A stretch of DNA of 18,570 nt, from the NCBI GenBank assembly GCA_043754515.1, contig JAYUUO010000026.1, forward strand, positions 1 through 18,570, in the 5' to 3' direction. Within the stretch, counting starts at the first letter, position 1. Each line of letters begins with the position of its first letter. Source of the DNA: Armatimonadota bacterium. Its GTDB lineage: Bacteria > Armatimonadota > Armatimonadia > Armatimonadales > Armatimonadaceae. Shown piece after piece: positions 1 through 8,285 of the stretch. The notes under the pieces were generated by a model that saw only the letters and a list, made by a program, of their open reading frames with translations, was not told where the DNA came from and made no database searches. The translations under genes and the position numbers were made by a program.

Positions 1-216
1 TCATCTGGGCTTAGTGGGTTCGGGGTATTCCCCACCGCGCCTGCCCACTTCCGCCCCGGATGCAGTGTGTCCCACGGTGAGCGGGTGTTTGAACAAGTCT
101 TCGCGGCGTCGCCGTGTTTGCCTATCCCATAGCAGATGCGCGTCTCGTCGTTCCAGATCGGAGTGAACTCGCGAATCAGGTACGTCTCCGCCGTGCCCTA
201 CCAGGCACTGGTAGTC
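1..216 (-). pseudogene. C-terminal fragment of an Eco29kI-family (GIY-YIG) restriction endonuclease, 5'-truncated, with an in-frame TAG; runs off the window start
   Basis: Manual translation from 216 leftwards: MTTSAW*GTAETYLIREFTPIWNDETRICYGIGKHGDAAKTCSNTRSPWDTLHPGRKWAG. The E..LI..F.P.WN, G.G.H and RSPWD.LHPGR.WA motifs match the Eco29kI-family C-terminus as I recall it. TAG at 198-200; no N-terminal GIY-YIG half is visible upstream. Confidence 0.75.
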
Positions 217-244
217 ATTGCGGAACCGAACCGGACGCCGACGC

Positions 245-252
245 GGTACAAT
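245..252 (+). promoter_or_regulatory. -10 element GG-TACAAT 6 nt upstream of ATG 259 (probable leaderless promoter)
   Basis: ggTACAATgaacccATG; no Shine-Dalgarno; the same geometry recurs at 4518-4534. Confidence 0.55.
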
Positions 253-258
253 GAACCC

Positions 259-1356
259 ATGGCAACGTCGCGACTACCCAATCTATTGAACGGAACGAGA
301 AAAGGCACAGGGGGCGGTGTGCTACGCGCCGCTGCTACCGCTCTATTTATGACCGCACTGACAACTTTGCACCCGTCCGCGACCGTCGCCGACCCGCCTG
401 AGAAGCATCTGTCCGCGCAGGTCGCCGTCACCCACGTCGCTTACGAGGGCTGGCAGGACGCGTACAAGATCTCGAACGGCACGGCGGAGGTGGTCGTCGT
501 CCCGCAGATAGCCCGGATCATGCGCTACGGCTATGTGAATGGACCGAACCTTCTGTGGAACAACCCGGCGGAACTCGGCAAGTCCGGCGACACGAGCGGC
601 AACTGGCGCAACTTCGGTGGCGACAAGCCGTGGCCCTGGTCGCAGGACGACTGGCCGACCTGGTTCAAGCGCGAGGCGAACTGGCCCCCGCCTCCCGAAG
701 CCGATCAGACGCCGCAGACTGCGGTGATTGTTGGGGTGAACACTGTGCGGATGACCTCGCCCGTACTGGCGCGAACGGGCCTGCGTATCGTGCGTGACAT
801 CACGCTCGGCGAGACGGGTACGCGGGTGGACAGCGTGACGCGCTTCGAGCGGGTTGAAGACGGTTACGACTTCCCGGTCGGTGCCTGGACTATCACGCAG
901 ACCCCGTTCACGCGCGGTGCCATCGTCGCGCGGTTGGTGCCCGGCGACACCACGCTCGCCGAGGGCTGGCGCATCCTGGGCGACCTGTCGCCTTTCGCTT
1001 CGGCGCGGCGTAGTCCAGATGGCGTGACGCTCGCGGTTACCCGCGACCCGGACGCGAAAGGGGGGCGCAAGCTCGGCTTCGATGGTGACGCGCTCGCGGG
1101 CGTGATCGGGGACACAGTGCTGATGATCCACGCCGACTCTCCCGAATCGAAAGGTTTTGCCTGGCGTCCGGGCGAACGCGGACAGATTTACATGAGCGAC
1201 GCGTCGAACCCGTATATCGAGTGGGAGTTCACGTCGCCGCCCAAGCCGATCAAAAAGGGCGAGAGCGTAACGCTAACGACCACATACGAAGCACGCCGAA
1301 TCGCGGCTGACCGGAGCGGTAGCGATGCCGTGGAGTCCGCCCTGCGTGGGAGATAG
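259..1356 (+). CDS. Secreted DUF4380-like (aldose epimerase-fold) hypothetical protein
   Basis: ORF 136..1356; start moved to ATG 259. Hydrophobic signal-like segment (LRAAATALFMTALTTLHPSATVA), then YEGWQDAYKISNG..VVVPQIARIMRYG..GPNLLW and GGDKPWP, typical of DUF4380. Confidence 0.65.
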   Translation: MATSRLPNLLNGTRKGTGGGVLRAAATALFMTALTTLHPSATVADPPEKHLSAQVAVTHVAYEGWQDAYKISNGTAEVVVVPQIARIMRYGYVNGPNLLWNNPAELGKSGDTSGNWRNFGGDKPWPWSQDDWPTWFKREANWPPPPEADQTPQTAVIVGVNTVRMTSPVLARTGLRIVRDITLGETGTRVDSVTRFERVEDGYDFPVGAWTITQTPFTRGAIVARLVPGDTTLAEGWRILGDLSPFASARRSPDGVTLAVTRDPDAKGGRKLGFDGDALAGVIGDTVLMIHADSPESKGFAWRPGERGQIYMSDASNPYIEWEFTSPPKPIKKGESVTLTTTYEARRIAADRSGSDAVESALRGR

Positions 1357-1411
1357 AGCAACGCCTACTGGGAATTATGATCCGCCCCAAGCGGTATAGA
1401 GACTACGTATT

Positions 1412-2254
1412 ATGAACCCTGAAGACCTACCCGACTACATGAAACTGATCGGCAAGCAGATTGAGAGCCGTGTCAACGCCACTTTCGGTGACAACGACAA
1501 GTCCAAGAAGAACGCCGACCGCGACGCGCAACTTAACAACGAGAACGCGGGTCGTATTCGCATGAACGCGAACGGATATAGCGAGTTTGAACCGGATTGG
1601 GAAGAACTGGATAAGCGCGCCGACCAGATAGTCGGCGGCTACACGATGGTGATGGCGGCGGGGAACGTGCTCCCGCTCCCCTTCGACGCGATGGTGGTGA
1701 CCGCGACTTTCGCGAAGATGACCACCGAACTCGCCGGGGTGTACCAGGTGATTGTTTCGACGAAGCGGGCGCGGCAGATCGGCTGGGCCATCTCCGGCGC
1801 GACCGGTTCGGTGCTCGGCCTGACGTTCGCCGCGAGTAGCCTAGCGAAATGGGTGCCGGGTGGCTATTTCGCGGGCGTCGCGGTCCAGGCTTCCCTGGTC
1901 GGCGCGATTTGCTGGGCGGCGGGCGACGCGCTGAAGCAGTACTTCAAGGCGTGCCGCCAGGGGACCGAGCCGGACCTGAGCACGCTCCAGGAACTGTTCG
2001 CCAAGACCCTGCACCTCAAACTCAAAACGGTGAAGTCCGAAGTCGAAAAAGCGGGCGGTTTGAAGACACCCGCCGCCCCGGCTGGCACGCCCGCCGCGCC
2101 GACCGCGTCCGCGACCCCAGTGGCACCCGCCGAAAAAGTGACGGTCGAAGACGTTTTAGAGAAGATCGCCGCGATGCACGAGTTGTACCGCGCGGGTGCC
2201 TTGTCCAAAGACGAGTACGAGAAAAAGAAGACCGAACTCCTCAAGCGGCTTTAA
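1412..2254 (+). CDS. DUF697/YcjF-like membrane-associated protein with C-terminal SHOCT domain
   Basis: Small-residue hydrophobic helices with LPLPFD and LAKWVPGG motifs; Ala/Pro linker; SHOCT-like tail LEKIAAMHELYRAGALSKDEYEKKKTELLKRL. Confidence 0.7.
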   Translation: MNPEDLPDYMKLIGKQIESRVNATFGDNDKSKKNADRDAQLNNENAGRIRMNANGYSEFEPDWEELDKRADQIVGGYTMVMAAGNVLPLPFDAMVVTATFAKMTTELAGVYQVIVSTKRARQIGWAISGATGSVLGLTFAASSLAKWVPGGYFAGVAVQASLVGAICWAAGDALKQYFKACRQGTEPDLSTLQELFAKTLHLKLKTVKSEVEKAGGLKTPAAPAGTPAAPTASATPVAPAEKVTVEDVLEKIAAMHELYRAGALSKDEYEKKKTELLKRL

Positions 2255-2275
2255 GGGGCGGGGCAAGCACCAAAC

Positions 2276-3079
2276 ATGCCGACCCTGATCCTGCCACCGC
2301 GCCGCAACGACGACACGCGGGCGTTGGGCGACACTGCCATCCGCGCAGGGTGGCAGGTTTATAACGCGGACAGGTAGCAGCTCCCGCCCGACGCTCGATT
2401 CGACCCGCCTGTCACCATCTACGGCGACCCTCTCTTCGCCGAAATCACGGCGTCCGCGCTCGACCTCGCGCTACTGGAACCGCCGCTCGATCGGCTTCCG
2501 CTACTCCCAACGGCGTTGCGCCGCCGACACGTCGCGCTCAAAACGCTGGATGTCACGCGGACCTTTCCCGCACCGACTTTCGTCAAACCCGGCAACGATA
2601 AATCGTTCCCAGCCACCGTGTACGCTGACGCGGAAGCCATGTTCCGGGTAACTTCCGACCTTTCCGACGCCATGCCCGTTTTAGTATCCGAGCCGGTGAT
2701 ATGGGAGTCGGAGTACCGCGTTTTCGCTAAGGACGGCGAGCCGACGGCGATCTCGCCTTATTTCCGGAACGGCAAACTGGCTCTCGACGTAGGCGATGGG
2801 CAGTGGCTCGCGCCGCCCGATGAACTAGCGGATGCCCTCACGTTCGCGACACTCGTTCTCCGAGAAGCGGGCCACGATCTTCCGGCGGGGGTGGTGTTGG
2901 ATGTCGGGATCATCACCGGGCGCGGCTTCGCCGTGGTCGAGGCGAACCCGGCGTGGGCGAGCGGGCTGTATGGGTGCGAACCGATAGACGCGCTCGACGT
3001 CATCGCCGCGTCGGTGTATCCCACGGGCGAAAAGGGCGCGGGCCGATTCGCCCGCGCCGCGATCACCATCGAGCCGTAA
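2276..3079 (+). pseudogene. ATP-grasp domain protein (DUF4343/R2K-like) interrupted by an in-frame TAG at 2375-2377
   Basis: ATG 2276 is in frame with ORF 2516..3079: MPTLILPPRRNDDTRALGDTAIRAGWQVYNADR*QLPP..IYGDPLFAE..LLEPPLD; then ATP-grasp motifs FVKPGNDKSF, SEYRVF, VLDVG, VVEANPAWASGLYG. Confidence 0.75.
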
Positions 3080-3216
3080 CTACGGGTTCTATGCGCACTT
3101 TTCGTCACGGAATCGCGTGTATAGTCGTTTGCCTATTGACGCGAACTTGCCGCGCGTCTTGCCGCTTCATGCCTCTGTGCGCGGCGCGTAACTAAAAGGC
3201 TCTGTTATGTCGGAAG

Positions 3217-3258
3217 ACGGGCAGGAGTTCGCGCTCAAAACGGCGAACTGATGCCCGT
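3217..3258 (+). other. Two-stem hairpin in the 5' leader of the gene at 3289
   Basis: ACGGGCA(3217-3223)/TGCCCGT(3252-3258), 2x2 internal loop, AGTTCGC(3226-3232)/GCGAACT(3243-3249), 10-nt loop. Confidence 0.5.
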
Positions 3259-3288
3259 AACTATGTCGCGTCAGGAAAGATTATCGCC

Positions 3289-4311
3289 ATGAATTGGAAA
3301 ACCGTCGGCGTTTGTGCCGCCGCTCTCGTCGCTATCGCCGTCCCATCGTGGGCGCAAGGGGTCACCGATGTCCGCTTCGGTTCCGGCCCGCCCGTCAAGG
3401 TCGTCGCGCCCAAGGGTTTCACACCGAGTGGATACTCGTCCTTTCTTTACGAAGCCTACGCAACGATCTTGACATCGAATCAGTCCCTCAACAGGTACAT
3501 CTCGCCGTCGGACATCGTGATACTATGTCCCCCCGCGACCACCGCCGTGCTGAACGGCAAGCGGCCCACGACTTCCGGCATTTCGGGCAAGGGTGGCCAA
3601 ACCTCGACCCCCATCCCGAGCGAGAGTCGGCTCTCACCGACCGGAACCTATATCATCTACGTCGAGGGGCGACGCTTCCTGACGGTTGACGCGGCGATGG
3701 CGCGCGCGAACGGCATGTCATCGTCCGCGGCGTTGGCGACGAAGCTCGCTCGTCAGTACATGCAACGCTTCCCGCGTGAGTGCTTCCGCCCGCCGACGCT
3801 CCCCGCGCTAGCCGGGGTGCCCGCGAATCCGCCGCTCCGGCTGACCACGAACCTGGAACAGTGCGTCCCGCCCGATGTCCGGGGGCGCGTGATTATGTTT
3901 GGCAAGGGACTGTTCAACACGGCAACCGTGCTACCGGACGGCTCTACGGGACCCGACAAGGCGGCAGTATTGACGCGCAAGACGACCCAGATCATGAACA
4001 ACCTCGACCTGACACAACCGATCCCGGTTGTCGCGGTCAAGGACGGCGCGGAGGCGAATGTCAAGGTCGGCGACAAGGTGCTGTACACGCTGAACGACTT
4101 CGACGCGAAGTCGAACGGCTTCCGCAACGCCATGGGGTTCGCAAAGTTTCTGGTACTCGAAGTCACGAAGCGGCTACAGGCCAAGGCACAACCGGCGACA
4201 CCACCCGCCGTACCCGACGCAGTGCCCGTGCCCGCGCCGGTGGACAAGCCTGCTGATCCGGCCCCGGCACCGCCGACTGTGCCCGCGCCGGTCCCCGCGC
4301 CGACGCGCTAG
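3289..4311 (+). CDS. Secreted hypothetical protein with Pro/Ala-rich C-terminal tail
   Basis: Sec signal MNWKTVGVCAAALVAIAVPSWA; AGGA-type SD upstream; two loosely similar internal segments (IYVEGRRFLTVDAAMARANG / VKVGDKVLYTLNDFDAKSNG); Pro-rich tail. Confidence 0.7.
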   Translation: MNWKTVGVCAAALVAIAVPSWAQGVTDVRFGSGPPVKVVAPKGFTPSGYSSFLYEAYATILTSNQSLNRYISPSDIVILCPPATTAVLNGKRPTTSGISGKGGQTSTPIPSESRLSPTGTYIIYVEGRRFLTVDAAMARANGMSSSAALATKLARQYMQRFPRECFRPPTLPALAGVPANPPLRLTTNLEQCVPPDVRGRVIMFGKGLFNTATVLPDGSTGPDKAAVLTRKTTQIMNNLDLTQPIPVVAVKDGAEANVKVGDKVLYTLNDFDAKSNGFRNAMGFAKFLVLEVTKRLQAKAQPATPPAVPDAVPVPAPVDKPADPAPAPPTVPAPVPAPTR

Positions 4312-4341
4312 CGCGTCGCGGGCTTGCTGATTGTTACATGC

Positions 4342-4496
4342 CCCCTCTCACATAGGCTGGGGCGGTTGCGTCATGGTTTGTCCGCTCGCCCAGCGGGCGT
4401 GGACGGACGGCTTGCCGCGTCTGTGCGGACGGCGAGCCGTTCCGGTGGGCGAGCGGGCAAACCATGACGCAACCGCCCCAGCCTATGTGAGAGGGG
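4342..4496. repeat. Long intergenic palindrome (51-bp arms, one mismatch) with internal stem; REP/MITE-like element
   Basis: 4342-4392 is the reverse complement of 4446-4496 except T4381/G4457; the spacer holds ACGGCTTGCCG/CGGCGAGCCGT. Confidence 0.9.
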
Positions 4497-4517
4497 CACC
4501 CACGCGCGAACTCATCG

Positions 4518-4525
4518 GGTACACT
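4518..4525 (+). promoter_or_regulatory. -10 element GG-TACACT 6 nt upstream of ATG 4532 (probable leaderless promoter)
   Basis: ggTACACTgccgtcATG; no SD. Confidence 0.55.
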
Positions 4526-4531
4526 GCCGTC

Positions 4532-5704
4532 ATGCTTTCTCGCCGCACCCTTCTCGGAGCGTCCCTGCCCGCGCTCGTTCTCGCCGCCGTTCCCGCCCTC
4601 GCGAATGCCCGCGCAACGACCGTCGCCCGCGTCGGCGCGATGGGTAAAGGGGACGCGCCGTTCGTTCGCCTCGCTTTCAACACCGACGCCGTACATCGGT
4701 TGCTGGATCTGCAAAGCACGAAGGATGCGAGCGACGCCGCGATCAACGCGCTGTTCGATCTGCCCGCCTACAAGAACGTGCTCCGGGTTGGCCTCGCCGA
4801 AGGGAGCGTGACGCGGGAGCGGCTCGCCGAGAACGCCCGCGCCGTCATTCGTGGCACCGCTACCCCTCAGAGTCAGCCCCGCGAAGACGCCGCGCGTCTA
4901 CTGATCGTGGACGCCGCTGTATGCCGCGATCTGCTGAAAAAACTGGACGAGACCGCCCCAGTGCGAACGGCGCGCATCGCGGAACACCTCGCCGGGTTCA
5001 CCCCTGACAAAGTGCGCAAGGGCGACCCGATTACGCAGACCGTTTATCTGCACCTCGGCGGCACCTGGGACGCGCTGAATGTGAGCGGGGACATTTTCCT
5101 GAACTTCCACTACTGGCTCGAATACAACCGACCGTCGCTCGACGGGCTGAACCTGGTCGTCGCGCACGAAACGATGCACACGATCCAGAACCGCGCCTAC
5201 GGAAACCCTGAAGCGCAGGAAACCGGCACGGGCGCGTTCCTGACCACCCTGTCCAAGATCCAGCGCGAGGGTACCGCCCGGCTTGTGGAGACCGAGACCG
5301 ACCGCGAAGCCTACGGCGCGTACACCTACGGATTTTTCTATCGCGCCGTGGACGCGGAAACGGTTCGGGACTTCGCCCGCCTCCCGCCCTTGCTCGAAGA
5401 CCTGCACGCGGCATGTTTCCCCACGTTCGACCCGGAGCGGTTCGGGGCGTTGTACGCACGCGGGATGAACAACGGCGGCGTGCTCTACGCGCTCGGCTAC
5501 GGCGCGGCGAAGGCCATTGACGAACGGGTGGGACGGGCCGCGCTGGTCGCGACCGTAGAGGGCGGCCCTAAACCGTTCTGGTCCCGCTACGCCGAACTGT
5601 GCCGCACAACGCCCGCTCTGCCGCGCCTCCCTGCCGTAGTGGAAGCGCGGCTCAAGGAGTTGCCGGAGCGGCTACCGTCCTCGGCGGGAAAGCCGCCCGC
5701 CTAG
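4532..5704 (+). CDS. Exported putative Zn-dependent protease (DUF5700/DUF2268-like gluzincin) with Tat-like signal
   Basis: Start ATG 4532 (the 4331 extension only reads through the palindrome). MLSRRTLLG twin-Arg motif plus hydrophobic core; VVAHETMH (HEXXH) followed by QREGTA (third Zn ligand); YALGY motif near the C-terminus. Confidence 0.7.
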   Translation: MLSRRTLLGASLPALVLAAVPALANARATTVARVGAMGKGDAPFVRLAFNTDAVHRLLDLQSTKDASDAAINALFDLPAYKNVLRVGLAEGSVTRERLAENARAVIRGTATPQSQPREDAARLLIVDAAVCRDLLKKLDETAPVRTARIAEHLAGFTPDKVRKGDPITQTVYLHLGGTWDALNVSGDIFLNFHYWLEYNRPSLDGLNLVVAHETMHTIQNRAYGNPEAQETGTGAFLTTLSKIQREGTARLVETETDREAYGAYTYGFFYRAVDAETVRDFARLPPLLEDLHAACFPTFDPERFGALYARGMNNGGVLYALGYGAAKAIDERVGRAALVATVEGGPKPFWSRYAELCRTTPALPRLPAVVEARLKELPERLPSSAGKPPA

Positions 5705-5717
5705 CCCGCGCCGTGAC

Positions 5718-7154
5718 CTACCGAGCCAGTTCATACAGCGCGTGCGCGTAGATCTTCGCGCACTCGACGAGCCGGGCCAGCGCGATCCGCTCGTTTGACT
5801 GGTGTGCCCCGTCCGGGTCGCCCTCGCGCATCGCGCCGAACGCGACCCCGACCGGGGCGACGGTGGTGGCGTAGGTGCGCCCGCCCATCGTCTTCGGCGG
5901 GGTCATGTCTCCCGTCTGCTCGCGATAGACGCGCAAAAGCGTCCGCACCGGCTCGGCGTCAATCGGGACATAAAGCGGCGGCGTGTGCGCAATGTTAGCG
6001 ACCGTGTAGCCGCTCTCCGAAACGCTCTGGGTGAAGCGCGCGATCAGACGGTCGCCGTCGAGAGTCGCGGGATAGCGCACGTTGAACACGGCGGTCGCCG
6101 TGCCATTGTCAAGTGTCACCACGCCCAGATTGCAGGTCAAGTGGCCAGTCACTTCGTCCTCACAGGCGATAGCGTTCTCCGCGCCGGTGGTGGACGCGCC
6201 GCGCTTGGCAAGGTCCACGAGCCATTCGCTCGCCGCGCTATCGAGGTCATCGAACGCGGACAGGTTAGACGTCAACGCCCGCGCGAGTTTCACGGCGGCG
6301 TTGTCGCCCTGATCCGGGGTCGAGCCGTGCGCGGCTTTGCCTTTCGCGGTCACGACAAGCTCGCCCACCGGACCCGGTTCCCTGTACGCGGTGATACCTG
6401 GCATCTGGTTCAGAACCCCTTCCATGATCGCGAGCGGCTCGTCGTTGCCCCGGAGAACGGCGGTTGCCTCGTCCGGCACCATGTTAGGACGCTGTCCTGA
6501 CACGAACGAGACCAGCCAGACGCTCCCGAACTCGTCGCCGAATGTGTGGGTGACCGTGCCCGTGAACGAACCCTTTTCGGCGTGAACGAGCGGGAACGCG
6601 GCGTCGGGCGTGAACGCCAGCGTCGGCTTCGGCTGACCCGCCGCGCCGAAATAGTGCGTCATACACTCCCAACCGCTCTCTTCGTCGCACCCGAAGATCA
6701 GGCGAATCTTGCGGGACAGTTGCACGCCTTGCGCGTCGCACACCGCCTTAACCGCGAACGCGCCCCACATCGCGGCATAGGTGGGCCCTTTGTCGTCGGT
6801 ACTGCCGCGCCCCCAGAGCCAGCCGTCCACGACGGTCGCGCTCCACGGGTCATACGTCCAGCCTTTCCCGACCGGAACCACGTCGAGATGGCCGAGCATC
6901 GCGGCGATTTCGATGCCGGTTCCGAAGTCGGCGTGCCCGGCGAACCCGCCGAAGTTCTCGGTCACGAAGCCGTTCGCTTCGCAGACCGAGAGCGTGTAGC
7001 GGAGCGCGTCGGCGGCCGCGCGTCCGAACGGCGCGTCGGCGGCGGGGTCCACGGTATCGGCATCTTTCACGCTCGGTATCCGCAGAACGGCTTGCGTAGT
7101 CTCGATCAATTGGGGGACGTGGGATTCGATCCACGTTTCTAGGGCTTCGCGCAT
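5718..7154 (-). CDS. pepV: Dipeptidase PepV (M20/Sapep family metallopeptidase)
   Basis: GHLDVVP, GRGSTDDKGP, IFGCDEESG, FTPDAAFPLVHAEKG, GKAAHGSTP, GGRTYA, AHQSNE; AAGGA SD upstream. Confidence 0.9.
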   Translation of the reverse strand: MREALETWIESHVPQLIETTQAVLRIPSVKDADTVDPAADAPFGRAAADALRYTLSVCEANGFVTENFGGFAGHADFGTGIEIAAMLGHLDVVPVGKGWTYDPWSATVVDGWLWGRGSTDDKGPTYAAMWGAFAVKAVCDAQGVQLSRKIRLIFGCDEESGWECMTHYFGAAGQPKPTLAFTPDAAFPLVHAEKGSFTGTVTHTFGDEFGSVWLVSFVSGQRPNMVPDEATAVLRGNDEPLAIMEGVLNQMPGITAYREPGPVGELVVTAKGKAAHGSTPDQGDNAAVKLARALTSNLSAFDDLDSAASEWLVDLAKRGASTTGAENAIACEDEVTGHLTCNLGVVTLDNGTATAVFNVRYPATLDGDRLIARFTQSVSESGYTVANIAHTPPLYVPIDAEPVRTLLRVYREQTGDMTPPKTMGGRTYATTVAPVGVAFGAMREGDPDGAHQSNERIALARLVECAKIYAHALYELAR

Positions 7155-7186
7155 GATAGTTGTGTCTGTCCTTCCAAGGATGAGGG

Positions 7187-7210
7187 ATTGTATTAAAGCG
7201 GATTGTACCC
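7187..7210 (-). promoter_or_regulatory. Tandem TACAAT -10 candidates for pepV
   Basis: Minus strand reads ggTACAATccgctttaaTACAATccc (+ strand attgta at 7202-7207 and 7187-7192). Confidence 0.45.
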
Positions 7211-7263
7211 GTTGCCGCGCTTACCAGGTAACGACGGATCGGCGGAATCCCGAAGATGTTGCT

Positions 7264-7551
7264 ATGATGAACAAAAATGTGCCGCTACCGGGAGCGAACA
7301 ATCCCGGATTTTCGATCGTGATCCCGGAGGCGTCGTTCCGGGCCATGCTGGGAACCGTGGCCGCGCTAACCGCATTGACGCTGGGCGCGTTCGTGGTAGG
7401 CGGGCGTGTGTCCAGGCATGAGGCACGTCACCCCGCGACATCGCGCGTCGCCGTCAACGCGGCTAGCGCGGCGATGAGCGTACCCACGCCGTTGGTGGTA
7501 ACCGCCGTAGCGCGGGGTGGTGGACTGTCTGTTCCGAGTAAAGCGCACTAG
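7264..7551 (+). CDS. Small hypothetical membrane protein
   Basis: ATG 7264/7267 within ORF 7153..7551; one hydrophobic helix (AMLGTVAALTALTLGAFVVG). Confidence 0.45.
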   Translation: MMNKNVPLPGANNPGFSIVIPEASFRAMLGTVAALTALTLGAFVVGGRVSRHEARHPATSRVAVNAASAAMSVPTPLVVTAVARGGGLSVPSKAH

Positions 7552-7652
7552 CAGGCTGGGCTTCGCGAGTATCACCTGCTAGAAAATTATCGGATTTAGT
7601 GTTGTTCTTCCAGGTGGGAGGAGTAATCCATGCTTGGCGCGAAATGCAAATC

Positions 7653-7988
7653 ATGAACGATGCATCCACGGTAGACGAACCCGAGTTACTCACGCCAAAC
7701 AGTTCGACGGGCAGTACGCGGGCGGAGTGGAACCGGTTGAACCTGGACACCGCGCTTCCGTTCACCAACGTGTTTCTCGTAATCTGCTTGCTGGCCGCCG
7801 TCCCGCTTTTGTTCATCAGCTTGCGCTCCATAGCAGAGGATGCCGTTCTCGCCTGTTTCGGTACTGGCATCAAAGCGTCGGTCGCGCAGATCAACGAACC
7901 GATGTCGTATACCTTCTCCGTGACCAGAGGCATTACGACGTCGCGATCACTCCCGATCCCGCGGCGCCCCTACTTCCGACAAACGTGA
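7653..7988 (+). CDS. Small hypothetical membrane protein, possibly a truncated remnant
   Basis: ATG 7644 or 7653; TM helix VFLVICLLAAVPLLFISL; the C-terminus looks abrupt. Confidence 0.4.
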   Translation: MNDASTVDEPELLTPNSSTGSTRAEWNRLNLDTALPFTNVFLVICLLAAVPLLFISLRSIAEDAVLACFGTGIKASVAQINEPMSYTFSVTRGITTSRSLPIPRRPYFRQT

Positions 7989-8166
7989 TGCCGCCAGGAT
8001 AGCGCAACATTCCCGTTGCCCCGAACATCGGTGTCTTCCGACACATCAACCCCCGAGCAACTATTTGTTACCGCGATATGTCAGATGGCCCGCGCGAACG
8101 CCGCGCCCCCAATCGGGTGAAATACAGCGGCTCTGTGTAACCGCGTCCTCTGAAGACTGATCCCTT

Positions 8167-8185
8167 GAGGCGGAGAAGCCGCCTC
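8167..8185 (+). terminator. GC-rich hairpin immediately upstream of the mqnC promoter (possible terminator)
   Basis: GAGGCGG-agaag-CCGCCTC, followed only by a weak T tract (gggttt). Confidence 0.35.
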
Positions 8186-8189
8186 GGGT

Positions 8190-8218
8190 TTGACACCCGG
8201 CATACACGGCGATACACT
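8190..8218 (+). promoter_or_regulatory. Sigma70-type promoter of mqnC
   Basis: TTGACA (8190-8195), 17-bp spacer, TACACT (8213-8218). Confidence 0.85.
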
Positions 8219-8229
8219 TCAACTATACA

Positions 8230-8247
8230 TTGTGAACTTGTTCACAA
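8230..8247. promoter_or_regulatory. Rex operator (ROP)
   Basis: TTGTGAA-cttg-TTCACAA exactly matches the Rex consensus TTGTGAA-N4-TTCACAA, just downstream of the predicted TSS (repressor position). Confidence 0.85.
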
Positions 8248-8285
8248 ATTACAACCGGAACCGGAATCGGTTAGAAGGTACCCCT

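Noticed and set aside
198..2377. Amber (TAG) recoding to explain the two in-frame TAGs at 198 and 2375
   Set aside because: TAG is the normal stop of many intact genes here (e.g. ending 1356, 4311, 5704, 5718, 10090), and the two sites appear to need different residues.
3220..3260. Fluoride (crcB) riboswitch resemblance (GGAGTTCGC..AAACG..CTGATG)
   Set aside because: P1 does not form and the ACTCC pseudoknot partner is missing; the downstream gene is unrelated to fluoride.
4455..4485. c-di-GMP-I-like words GGCAAAC...GACGCAA
   Set aside because: Only 3 nt separate them, so the GNRA-capped stem is absent; the words lie inside the palindrome arm.
4331..4531. N-terminal extension of the peptidase ORF and its mirror ORF 4334..4714
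   Set aside because: Both are translations of the palindrome (same peptide on both strands); the Tat-like signal begins at 4532.
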